DNA of 64,000 nucleotides from Prorocentrum cordatum (taxonomy: Eukaryota). The stretch spans positions 1 through 64,000 of the forward strand of contig CAUYUJ010000302.1 of the NCBI GenBank assembly GCA_963575745.1, written 5' to 3'. The notes beneath the pieces are model-generated. The model was not told where the DNA came from. It ran no database searches and saw only the letters and a program-made list of their open reading frames with translations. Shown here piece by piece: positions 12,233 through 23,248 of this stretch (position 1 is its first letter; every line of letters starts with the position of its first letter). Made by a program: the position numbers and the translations under genes.

Positions 12233-13944
12233 CACCCACTGTGGAGCGGCGGCGGGTCGATAACATGGTTCATTTGCGCAGGCGCCTCAAGGCGCATTAT
12301 AGAATGCGCCGTATGCCGCGTGGCAAGCATTCAATAATCAACCGTTTAAAGTACAACCAGCTAAATGCTGGCGGCGTGTGCCCCCGCCTGAAGGCGAAAG
12401 CTGCACAAACGCGGAGACTGATGCCTTTCATTCGGATTTTAGCGGATGAGAATTGGCGCTTTCTCGGCGCAGGCCATCGGCACCTTCGCCGCGTAGTTTC
12501 GGCGCTCGTGGATATGGAAGTCGTCATGAAACGGTCGCCCCGCATAATGCCGCCAGCTGCTCTCTCACAGCTCCAGAACCACATCGTGACAGCTCTGCGC
12601 GAGTGGAAGGCGTGGGGCGGCCACGAAACGTATAAGTTTCACGTGGCCTGGGACCTCGCCAAAAGAGCAAGTACCCAGGGCAACCCCCTTTTTTATTGGA
12701 CATATGCGGACGAGCAGGAGAACCGAGTCATGGGGACAGCTGCGAAAAGCGTGCACGCGGGACCAACATTCTACGTTACACTGTTGCAAAAGATCTTGCC
12801 CGAGGCGCGCTGATCGCAGTGCGCCTCTGGCGGGGAAGATCTTGAGCACGTGTACGCGTGTAATGTTTGCGTCGCGTGCGGGCTCTTCAAATCTGTTCCC
12901 TTGGCGCGTCACCTCCTGTTCGTGACAAAAGAAAATTACTGTGCACCGCATGTGCTCAACAAGGAAAGGGGTTTGCAACAACAGCGGGGCTACTTGACTG
13001 CCAAACGCACTTATCGAATCACAACGCACACAAACTAATGACGATATGTGCAATACAGAAGCACATCAAACAAACAACAATGCTTATGTGCAAAACGAAA
13101 CACAACACCAACACACAAAAAACAGTTGAATAAGAGATTGCGCTGCTTGTCAGAAGAGATTGTTTGTTTTGCCGACTCCTCCTCTACCTCGTCCCCTCCA
13201 GCACCCCCATTCGATCCACCTCTCCCACCCACCCCGCCTCCTCTTCCACCCCCGCGACCTGGATGGTCGACGGGTTGGCTGCTGCTGGCCACCCTCGAGG
13301 GGCGCGCGTGCCATTTGCGACGTGAGCATTGCCCTGGCTTGGTATTTCCTGGCGGTGAGAAGACATTGCGCTGTTGTTCACATTCCTGGGGGCAGGGGAA
13401 GGTAAATGTGGCCCACAATGGATGAGCGGAGATTGCGTTGATTTGTTGTTCGTCGGGCGCCGGCTGCGGGGCAGCCAGGTGCTTGAGGCCAGCATGAGCG
13501 AATTCTGAGCGCTGCAGATTTTCTACGGATGAGAAAAATGATGGGAGACGAGATTGCGTTGTTCTTTGTTTTTGCTCTGTCGGTCTGGAGTGCCCGAGCG
13601 GCTTCCAGGCGGCCCCTGCGGTGAGGCAGCTGCGCTGCGTGGCCATCGATTTTACTTGTTGCTTCTACGAGTTAGATGAGAAGAGGAGGAGGAGGGAGGA
13701 GGGGGGAAGCGGGAATGTGGGAGAGGAGGAGGGAAGCGGGGGACAATAGATGAGAAGACATTGCGTTGTTCGCTGCTCTGGCACCGAAGTGGCTGCAACG
13801 CAGGCGCAGGCTGCTGCGCAACGGTGAACGGTTGAAGCCCATCGCCCAATCCGAGTTTAGAAGGGGTGAGGGTGTGTAGCGGAGAAAGGAGTGAAGGACT
13901 GTGAGGGGAAATTGGATGAGAATACATTGCGTTGTTTGTTGCTC

Positions 13945-14093
13945 GTGCCCACACATCGGGTGTCTCGAAAAAATCGAGACGACAATATTTCATGATTGTC
14001 TGATTTTTTGTTGGTGTGGGATTTCACGCGCAGGCCCTCGGGACCGTCAAATAACAATTCGAAAGATCGAGACGCCTGATGTGTGGAGGGCAC
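13945..14093. mobile_element. MITE-like element, copy 1
   Basis: Inverted termini GTGCCCACACATCGGGTGTCTCGA ... TCGAGACGCCTGATGTGTGGAGGGCAC. Internal TCGGGACCGTC. Confidence 0.6.
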
Positions 14094-14525
14094 AGGGGGC
14101 CTATGGCCTCCTGGCCCAGGCGGCGCCCATCGCGGGCTCACGGACTCCGTGGAGAGCACTTTATGTACCGTTTCACAACGTTTCACTCGCAACAATTGTG
14201 TTGTTGCTGCCCTGGCAGAGATTGCTGGGATCGCCACTGCGGTGCGCTTGAACGATTTCATCAACAATTTCCATGCGTGGTCGCTGTTTTGGTCCCCTGG
14301 GGGAAAGGGACAGGGGCATAGTATTCAGACGGGGTAATGATAAGAGATTGCGTTGTCGGCTGGCCCCGCCGGAACGGGCGCCTGTTTTTTCCAGTCAGCT
14401 GCTGCTTTCTCTAGCCAACTTAACGTTCCGAAGAGGAGCAGAGATTGCGTGATTGTTGTTTTGCGTCAGGCGCGCATGCAGCCCACGTGGCTGCATCGCC
14501 ACGCACGCGGTGGGCATATTGGAAA

Positions 14526-14707
14526 CCCAGACATCCGACGTCTCAATTTTTTCGAGACGCGGGCCCCCGACCTCCCGACCACTTCCCTGGGACTAGTTTT
14601 TCATCCCGAGTGGTTTTTTGACGGTCCCGACGCCCAGCGAGGGCCCCGAGAGGCCAAAAACTATGTAACACTTCTGTTTGTTTTTTTCGAGACGCTCAAT
14701 GTCTGGG
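14526..14707. mobile_element. MITE-like element, copy 2 (opposite orientation to copy 1)
   Basis: Termini CCCAGACATCCGACGTCTC ... GAGACGCTCAATGTCTGGG. Internal GACGGTCCCGA is the reverse complement of the motif in copy 1. Confidence 0.5.
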
Positions 14708-15403
14708 AATACTTACAGCGTCGCCACCGCGCGTTATGCATTTCCATCCTTCCTGAGGGTGATATTGGGAAAATCAGGGAGGGAAAAGGGAGGAATTCAA
14801 GGCAGAAGGAGGACAAGTAGGGGAGGTGATGAATAGAAATTGCGTTGTTTGTTTTGTTGCGTGCACGGCACCGCATTCGACAATTCCATGTCGAATTTCC
14901 CGATGACTACGGAGAAGGATCCGAACATACTTGGCGAATAGAGGTGGACACATATTGCGTTATTGTGTGTTTTCGGTGGCGGGGAAGACCACCGCCGCCA
15001 ACCCTTCTGCTCGACTTCCGCTTTGCAGGTGTTTCCCTGGCAACGATTGCAAGGATAATTGGAAAATGGATAGGGAACCGTGTGATAATAATGTAGCACC
15101 GTAAATAACAACGCCAACACATACATGAACACAAACACACTGCCATACATTTAACATATACGTACGCATACAGTTGTATTCATGTGTATATATACAAATA
15201 TGATGTGTGTTCCACCACCCTTATGTTTCACCACCGTGGGCTGTTTCACCGCCCTGCTGATTTGGGGTCGCGTTTCTTCTCAGGCCTCGGGCCCCTGGCG
15301 GCGCCGGCTGCTGGCCTTTGACATTTCCGAGAACGGTGCCTCTCAGACCGTCGAGGAGCGGTGCCTATACACTCTGCGTGCTACTGTGCCAAAACTGAGA
15401 GAA

Positions 15404-15437
<34 letters not shown>

Positions 15438-15621
15438 TGAGAGAGAGATAGAGAACACAGAAAAGAGAGATGGAGAAGAGAGAGCGAGCTGAGATGAGAT
15501 GAGAGAGAGAGCGAGAGAGAGAGAGAAAAAAAAAAGAAGGGAGAAAGAGGAACGAGCAGCCAGGAACTATAAGACTCGTCGCTTTCATGGCCCTTTTTTT
15601 TTTTTTCCTTTCATGATCTTT

Positions 15622-15652
<31 letters not shown>

Positions 15653-16392
15653 CCTTTTTTTATTCTCCTTTTTTTTCTTTTTTTTCTTTTTATTCATTTA
15701 ATTTTCCTGGCCCATATTTTTCTACATGCGGTCGCCCTTCGGGGCACCGCCCTTCGGGGCGAAGCTTCCATCCCAGGATGAGAAGAGATTGCGTTGTTGT
15801 TGCAACGCATATGTCGCGTACGCGCGTGCATTTTTACGATGATCCAGAACTGTTTGCCTTGCTTAAACAATCATCGTCATCCCGCATGTTTACGTATCTG
15901 GTGGATTCTCTGTCCGCACTGCCCCCCAGCCCTGACTCGCCAAACTATCCTCTAGGCTTCCGCCTGTGCTCCGGTACCCTTGAGACGCAGAGGCGTTACT
16001 ACCAACGCCCAACGGCGCAGCTCCTAGCTCACAACGCACGCGGTTGCAACAACAGTCTGTTGTTGGACGCTTACATATAATAGAATAAGCTGTCTACATA
16101 CACACAACATCTTCACAACGAACCAACGACAACATACACGCTATATCACCAGAACTACAATTGTCTCTGTTTTTTTGCAATGTCTTGGTTTTTCTGCTTT
16201 GTCTTGGTTAAAAACCATGACGTTCTGGGCGGCATTGGTTTTTTTAGGGCTGTCTGATGTCTGGGTGGGCACATTTCCGAGGGCGACGAGGAACAAGAGG
16301 AGGGGACCAGGGAGATCGCCAGCGCCAACCCACAGCGGGGCGATCCACGCGATCGAGTCGGAGGAGCGGCCCCAGAGACCGATCGTGGCGCC

Positions 16393-17795
16393 GTGAATTT
16401 CTGGGCGGCGGCTCGTTCAGAGCCAGGGTGCAGCGACGAGGCGTTCGGGCGCATGATCTTACGGGGTGCGGAGCTGCTGGGCGCTCACGGGGGATGGCAG
16501 GAGGCGTCCACAGCCCTACGAGCTGCCTGGAAGTCGGACCAGGGGGACCACTTCAAGGGCGTGCACGACAGCTACCTCGAGGGGAAGGTGGAGCCAGAGC
16601 TCCTGGAGTACCTGAGGCGGGTCGCGACGAACGGGGTGGAGGTCAGGCGCGAGGGTGAGATCACGAGGGTCAGGGCCAAGCCTCACCAGTCGGCGGCGCA
16701 GCGCCAGGAGGAGGCCAGGCGGAAGATCTGGGACGACATCGTGAAGGGGCGAGCCTGGGCCGCCCCGTCCAGCCACCCAGGGCTGGAGGGGATCATGGAG
16801 TCGCCCCAGGGTCGGGCCCCGAAGATGCGGCCCGACCGCGCTATCGCTGACGAGGGTCGTTTCATCAACGACATGAGGGACGCCAACGCGGGATGCGACA
16901 AGCTGAATCACCCCCCGGCGAAGCTGCCCACTCACCGCGAGATCGCAAGGACAATGCTGTGGTTGAGGTGTCGGTGCCCGAAGGTGCGGGTCTACTTGGC
17001 GAAGCGGGACTTCCACGCGGCATTCAAACTGTTGTGGGTCGAATTGCCCGGCCTCCGCATCACGGCGGTGAGCCTCCAGATGTTAGCCGGAGCCGAGCCG
17101 ACGACGGTGCGCTACCTTACGATGGTGTTTGGTTGGACCGGCGCACCTGGCGAGTGGGCAGTGTGGGGACGTGGCGCGCAGGACGCCCACCAAGCCCATC
17201 GTCCACCAGCAGAGGAGCTCCACGACGAAGTCGCGCACTCGTCCGAGGTCCTGGTCGACGACGGGGTTCTGGTGGAGCCGGCCCTGGGCGCGAGGCCGTG
17301 GCTTTCTGCTTGGACCTTCGACGCCGTGTCGAAGCTGCTCCTAGGCGACAGCTCAATCAACCTGGAGAAGCTAGCAGAGGAAGGCGGGTTCAGTACCGAG
17401 AAGCTCATCTGGGGCTTGCTCTTCCAGCTGGAGGACTCGGAGGGCCGGGTGGTGGACCGTGCGACGCTCCCAGAACCCAAGATCCAGAAGATGAGCTACC
17501 TCCTTCAGGAGGCGGAGCTCGAGCCGGGACAGCGCGTGGCGCGGCTGAAGACGGTGCAGCGGCTCCGCGGGTTGGGGGCGCACTTCGCGGCGGTCAACCA
17601 GGCGCCGGGCACGGAGCTGGGGGCGCTGGACGCCTTGATGCGCCAGCCCCACGGGCCCACCGCACGGGCGACGCCGAAAGGAGGGGAGGAGGAGCAGGAG
17701 GTTGCTTGGCAGGAGTTCTGGGACAGTTGCGACATGCTACGGGTGATGGTCGCGCGGCCGGAGACGTGGGGCGCCACTTTCCTCGCCTCGCCTCG
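16393..17795 (+). CDS. DIRS-type reverse transcriptase
   Basis: Motifs GRFINDMR, LAKRDFHAAFKLL, YLTMVFGWTGAPGEW, VLVDDGVLV (YxDD equivalent), INLEK and LIWGLLF. A frameshift at (CCTCG)3, 17781-17795, separates it from the RNase H frame. Confidence 0.85.
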
Positions 17796-19320
17796 TTCGC
17801 GGGCATGCTTGAGCCGCGGGAGCGTTTGGCCATCCCAGGCACCATGGAGCAAGTGGCGTGGGTCGGGGGCGACTCGACCTTGGAGGTGGCGGGGCAGATC
17901 GAATCAGCGGCCAAGGTCTATGCGAGGCAGGAGTTGGCGGGCTACATGGAGGCGTTGAAGACGGCCGCCGGTTTGCCCGAGGAATGGGTTATCATAGCGC
18001 TTGGGGAGCTGTTCTGCATCGTAGGTTTCGCAGTCGCCCGCGGGCAAGCCTGGCGAGAGCGGCTGATCATTTACGTGGGGGACAACCAGACGGTCCAGAG
18101 GTGGGTGGAGACTCGCCGGCCGAAGAATCGGATGGCGAGGCACCTGGTGAGACTGCTCAACTACGTAGAGGCCAAGTACCACTGCCGCGCCCTCGCGGCA
18201 CCGCACATCAGGACGCACAGCAATGAGATGGCGGACAAGATCACCAGGGCCGACGAGGTTGAGGTCAAGCGTCGTATGGATGAGGAGGGTTTCGAGTCGA
18301 TCGACCTGGCGGGCACGTGGGCGGAGGTACTGTCTCGGGGTTACGAGAGGCGCGTCCACGCCGTCGCGCTCGTGGACCCCGAGGACTGGCAGGTCGCCAT
18401 TCAGCTCATGGCCCGCCGGTCGCCGGGGGAGGCCCCGCGCCCGCTCCTGCAGACCGCCTGGCGCGTGGTGGAGGTGAGGAGCACGATGGCCCCGCGCGCC
18501 AGGACCGCTGGCGCGCTGGGAGCGCGTGGCGAGGCGGAGCTGTTGAGGGGATGGTCCAGCTGTCAGGCAGGCGGGGCGGGGAGTGAGAGCGACCTGAGGT
18601 TGGTGGTGACCTCCCTCGGACCTTCGCGGGTGGGCCCACGCCTGCAGGACCTCGCCCAGGAGCTGCGCCGGCCGGCCGCACAGCGGGCTCTGGTAGACGT
18701 ACCGCCCGGCCCCACCGTGGCGGATGTGCTGAAGTTCTTTCGGAACATTGGGTGGGGTGCTGCCGAAGATGGGCGCGTGCGCAGCGAGTTCGGCGACCCG
18801 GTGGCCCAGCGGAAGGCGCGGGTACTGGCGTCGAAGGGCGGAGCGCCAGTGCCCGTGGGTAGGTTGGGAAGCCACGATGCCAAGCCCCCACCACCGCTGC
18901 CAATGGCGGGAGGGATGCTGAACGCCCGCCGAATCGAGGAGGAGGAGTGGCTGGCGCCTGAGGATGGGCGACTGGTGGTGGACCCGCGGGCGGCGAGGTC
19001 GCCCCCCCACCTCCCGCGGATCATTGGCCACTGGCACCCGCGGGGGCAGGTCGGCAGGCGCCCCGTGTACGGCAGCTCGGGCCCCTCTCCGACCCCTCGG
19101 GTGGAGGAGAGTGGGGTGCTGGAGCCCGTCTTGGTTTACGACGCGAAGGGCCCCCCGCCGGGGGTCTGGCCGCTCCAGGCGCAGGAGGTTTGGCACTTGC
19201 GCGGAGGAGCCAGTGCCGACTGGCCCACCTTGTGCGGGCAGTTGAGCCACGGGGACTTGCTGAGGGGAGTCCTGCGTGCATGCCCCCCGCTCGCAGCCGC
19301 GGCTGCGTTAACAGCTGCAC
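17796..19320 (+). CDS. DIRS RNase H followed by a degenerate C5 cytosine methyltransferase-like domain
   Basis: RNase H acidic residues: VGGDST, ALGELFC, YVGDNQ, NEMADKITR (~17860-18250). Then WRVVEVRS (motif I position), LVDVP (VI), SEFGDPVAQRKARVLA (VIII), VWPLQAQEVWHLRG (IX) and RACPPLAAAAAL (X). No catalytic PC. The RNase H call is strong; the MTase call is weaker. Confidence 0.65.
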
Positions 19321-19719
19321 TCAGGCAAGCGGAGGTAACCACCGAGTCAGGAGGGAGGGCGGCGGGCATTTGCCGCCGGCCAGAGGACGAGGAGAGAAGA
19401 CGGGAGCTCACGAGCTGGCTCCAGGCTGACGAGAGGCGCCGGCAGGAGTCTGCGAGGAGGGGTGAGCAGCGCGGCGGCATGCTGCCGGGAGGGCGGGCGC
19501 AAAGCTTGCTTGACGACCCCTACCCAGACGTGCTTCTTCTGCGAGTGGGGCGTGACCCGGATGGAGGCCCGCAGCGCTGGAACGGGTGCGGGAGGAGCTG
19601 CGCTCGCTTGGGGCACGGCTGGGGCTGGCGCTGCTGTCGGACGTGCCGTAACACGGATGGCGAAGCCCATGGGCTTTTTTGTCAGGCCCAACATGAGGAC
19701 CTCCAGAGGAGGCAGAGGG

Positions 19720-19935
19720 AGGCGGGCTATCGCCCACCGGCGAGCGAGGGGGCGAGTGGCAGCGGTGGTCCTGGAGCTCAAGCAGCGGGCGAGGAGGCAT
19801 CGAGGCACCCCCCGCCCAAGGCGGCGCAGGCGGGCTATCGCCCACCGGCGAGCGAGGAGGCCAGTGGCAGCGGTGGTCCTGGAGCCCAGGCAGCAGGCGA
19901 GGAGGCATTGAGGCACCCACCGCCCAAGGCGGCGC
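19720..19935 (+). repeat. 108-bp in-frame tandem duplication within the DIRS polyprotein
   Basis: AGYRPPASE(G/E)ASGSGGPGAQAAGEEA(S/L)RHPPPKAA occurs twice. Copies start at 19720 and 19828. Confidence 0.9.
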
Positions 19936-21698
19936 CGGGCGGCCGCCTCCCTCCCGTCTGGGAGGAGCAGCGGCCTGCGGTGGTGAAGGCACCGCCAAGC
20001 ACGGCCCAGGAGGGTCTGCGGCCCGAGGGGCCACCCGTCGAAGGGGCGCGGGGCAGGCTGGTGGGAGATGGAGGAGACCCACTGCTCAGCAGGAGCCGAC
20101 GCGCGGGAGGATCTGAGGATGAGAGCTGGGGCGATTGGACGGACGCCCACAGGGCGACGCGAGGTTGCCGAGGGGGTGGGGGATGGCGCCGGCGGTGCGG
20201 ACCAGGCCCCACCCCCCCCAGAGGCGAGGGATGCTTTGCGCCCGTGCCTGCTCCCAGGGTGCCCCTACTTGGAGCACTCCCAACCTGCGACCGCGGTCGA
20301 TGGCGGACCACTGTGGCGGCCAGGGTTCTGCTGCAACAAGTGCGCGGGGCGGTCGGAGGGAGCGGACTGGGCAGAAGGAGGCGCGAAGCACTTCAGGCAC
20401 TGCGAGAAGATGCCCCGCGGCCAGCCGCCCCTCGAGGGGGGAGGGCCGCCGGCGACCGCGGCGGCGAGCAAGGGGCGCAAGCAAGAGCGCAAGCAAGAGG
20501 TCGCAGAGGCTGCCGCCCGGGTGCTAGCCGCCGCCGCGCTGGCCGCCCCCCCCCCGGGGCCCGAGCCAGGAGCCGTGGAGGGGCGGGGTGAGGAGAGCGG
20601 CAGTGCCAGAGCGAGGAGCGCCCCCCCCCCCGTCACCGGGGGAGCTCGCCCGGCGGGCGTGCGCGGAGCGAGCGGCCGCCCGGCAGAGGAAGGCGGAGGC
20701 GGATCGGCTCAGGAACGCAGCCAGGCACCCAGGTGAGGGACAGGCGGAGCATATCCGCCTTAGGGCGAGGACCCCACCTGCACCAGCGGAGGTCAAGCAG
20801 GAGGAGGGGTCGGAGGAGGAGCCCCCGACGGAGGTCACGCGGGCGGTCGGTCAGACTTACCGTGCTCTCGCCCGGCGGGTGGATTTCCAGAGGACAGGGC
20901 TCTGGTCCGCCCCCGAGGAGGAGGGCCGCCCCAAGGAAGGGGCCGCCAGGGCGGAGACGCCAGTTGCCCACCCTCGGCCTGGCCGAGAGCCACCCCCGCA
21001 GCCAGAAGGGCGGGCCGACCGCGAGCCGCTACCCCAACCGGGAAGTTGGGCACCCCCTTCCGGGGGGTCGAGCGGGTCCGGCGGGCCGGCGAGGCCGCCG
21101 CAGCTCCCTGGTCACTGGGCGGAGGAGGACCCGCTCAGGCCAGGCGGACCCGCCCGAGCTGCCGAGGACGTGAGGGACCCCAACCCACCCGAATCCTACT
21201 CGGAAGGAGGATTCTGAGGGGGCAGAGGAGGAGGTTGACGAACTTCGGCCAGTGCCTTTCCCAGGTGGCGGCCCGGACGCCCGCTATGCGCGGTGTGAGT
21301 GCTGCGGCGTGCAGGTTGAGGGCCGGGACATGGGCTGCCCGATGTGCAACCGGACCTACCCCATTTCGATGGCGAGGGGCCGGTCGTTGGCAGCACAGAG
21401 GGCAGCCAAGGCAGGGAGCGCGGCCGCGGCCGCGGCCCAGGCGGGTCGGGCGCGGGCGCGCGCGCGGGCCCCCGACCGAAGCCCAGAGGAGCGCCGTGAG
21501 GAGGAGGAGGAGAGGACGCCTCCACGGGCGGTGGCGCGGACCGCCCGCGGCCCCCCGGAGGGCCAACCGGGCAGGCGTCCTCGCACGCCGCGCCGCGCGG
21601 CCCACCGGCGAGGGGGAGGAGAGTAACGTGAGCGTGAGGAGGTAGCACTGCGCGAGGCACAGGAGGCTAGGCCGCCCGAGGACATCGACCCGGAGGCG

Positions 21699-22550
21699 GT
21701 GAGCCGGTACCTGGCGGCGGCAGCGGGCAGCAGCCAGGGCAGTGAAGGGCTAGAGCGGCAGCTCAGGCGGATCGCCAGGGAGGACTCCAGGCGCGCCGGC
21801 GGGCGTGCTGATGCTGGTTGCGCGCCAGAGCTCCAGAAGTTGGTAGGCGCAGCCGTGGTGGCTTCGGTGGCAAAGGGGACGAAGGCGACCTACGGCGTCG
21901 CTTGGAGGCAGTGGGCGATTTTCTGCCGGATCCGCAGGAGGTCGCCCATCCTGCATGGCGAGACTCGCGAAGAGCGTCACCAAGACGAGGAGGAGCTGCT
22001 GCTGTCCATGGTGCACCTGTACAACAGCCTGAAGCGGTCGCACGGTACGATACGGTCTAAGTTGCTGGGGATTCGCTCACAACACGTGATGCTGGGGGAG
22101 CCCGACCCCTTGGCGGGTAAGCCGCGGCTGTGGATGGCTTTAAATGGGATCGAGAACTGGCAAGGGCCCGGAAAGAGGAAGCTCCCAGTTACGACCGAGA
22201 TGCTGAGGAGGATCCGAGACATGCTGAAGCCGGACGCCTGTGCGGACGACGCGGCCGTGTACTTCTGCGTGATCTTCGCTTTCTTTTTCATGATGCGGAT
22301 TGGGGAGTACGCCCGCTCGGGGCACTGGGATTTGAAGAAGGTCTTGACCGGGCTGGACATTGCCCCGAAGTGCAAGGGCGAGCAGGTGAGCCACTGCGCC
22401 GCGGCGGACGAGGCGGCGCCGTGGTTCAAGGCGTCGAAGGCCGACCAGGAGGGAGCAGGGCAGGCGAGGAACCACTACCGCTCGAACGACCCGTTCGGCA
22501 TCTGCCCAGTGTGGGCGGCGGAGTGCTACAACCGTTGGTTCCCGAGCCGT
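21699..22550 (+). pseudogene. Tyrosine recombinase of the DIRS element, C-terminally truncated
   Basis: SVAKGTKATYGVAWRQWAIFC (N-terminal binding domain), RKLPVT, FFFMMRIGEY (catalytic Arg), FKASKADQEG (Lys) and CPV. The sequence character changes at ~22550, before any HxxR/Tyr box. Confidence 0.85.
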
Positions 22551-22589
22551 ATCGTATCACGGGTAAAGAGGCACACTTACCGCTTGCGA

Positions 22590-23072
22590 GGTGATCAACC
22601 GGATTTCGGGCGACCCGCCCGCGCGTGGGTCACCCGATCGCGCGCGCGCGGACGCGCGCGGAGGGATTTCTGTATGTCCACAACGAAAAACTTGGCATGG
22701 TGGTCCGGAAATTGAAGTGAAACCCAAACGTCGACCAGCTGGATTTCGGGTGAACCGCTCGCGCGTGGGTCACCCGATTGCGCGCGCGCGGACGCGCGCG
22801 TGGGGAATTCTATTGTCAACAATGGAATAGTTGCCATGGTGGCCTGGAAATTGAAGTGATTTCTTAACGGTGACCAGCCGGGCCCCGGGTGACCCGCCCG
22901 CGTGTGGTCACCCGATCGCGCTCGCGCGCGCGTGCGGAGGCGCGCGCGGGGAATTCTGTAGTTGTCCGCAATGGAAAATGTGCCATGTTGGCCTAGAAAC
23001 TGAAGTGAACTCTTAACGGTGACCCACCAGGTTTCGGGAGACCCGCCCGCGCGTGGGTCGCCCGATCGCCAG
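22590..23072 (+). repeat. ~140-bp tandem repeat, 3.4 diverged copies
   Basis: The unit contains GACCCGCCCGCGCGTGGGTCACCCGATCGCGC...GCCATGGTGGCC.GGAAATTGAAGTGA. Copies start at about 22590, 22728, 22868 and 23017. Confidence 0.85.
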
Positions 23073-23207
23073 CGCAGATTTCACTCGGCTAGCGCAGGTT
23101 TCAATCCGCGAAACTCTTGCACATGTTTTCAGTGAGTGCGTGCGGCGCCGAGGCAAAACATAAATTTTGAAAACGAGCCTGGGGTGGGCGTGTTTTTTTG
23201 TTGTGTA

Positions 23208-23248
<41 letters not shown>

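Larger units (their letters stand above)
10081..12813 (+). mobile_element. CMC (CACTA/EnSpm-Mirage-Chapaev)-like DDE transposase gene, split by three inserts and two homopolymer frameshifts
   Basis: The reassembled protein has, in order: VPLTLYSDGVPF (first Asp), LVEYRADLLE (second Asp), HPCFCC (CxxC), LHLDCMHVSDLG (DxMH..LG), YKFHVAWDL (KxH motif) and GNPLFYWTYADEQEN (catalytic Glu). This matches the CMC signature order. Frameshifts lie at the C-run ~11048 and the T-run ~11435. Confidence 0.75.
13130..15803 (+). repeat. Dispersed, same-strand ~20-bp motif GATGAGAAGA(G/C)ATTGCGTTGTT (about 12 copies)
   Basis: Variants occur at about 13134, 13154, 13358, 13429, 13550, 13752, 13918, 14343, 14440, 14834, 14947 and 15780, separated by unique sequence. 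Confidence 0.7.
16219..22550 (+). mobile_element. DIRS-like tyrosine-recombinase retrotransposon, decayed and truncated at both ends
   Basis: Domain order is RT, RNase H, methyltransferase-like, Cys/His clusters, then tyrosine recombinase, all on one strand with several frameshifts. No termini were found. Confidence 0.85.

Noticed and set aside
15220..15372. Possible structured RNA or hammerhead ribozyme on the minus strand
   Set aside because: No CUGANGA core with consistent stems could be assembled.
16893..17795. N-terminal ~300 aa of the listed 1232-aa ORF as a real protein
   Set aside because: It is an alternative frame overlapping the RT. That frame only becomes meaningful after the (CCTCG)3 frameshift at 17781-17795.
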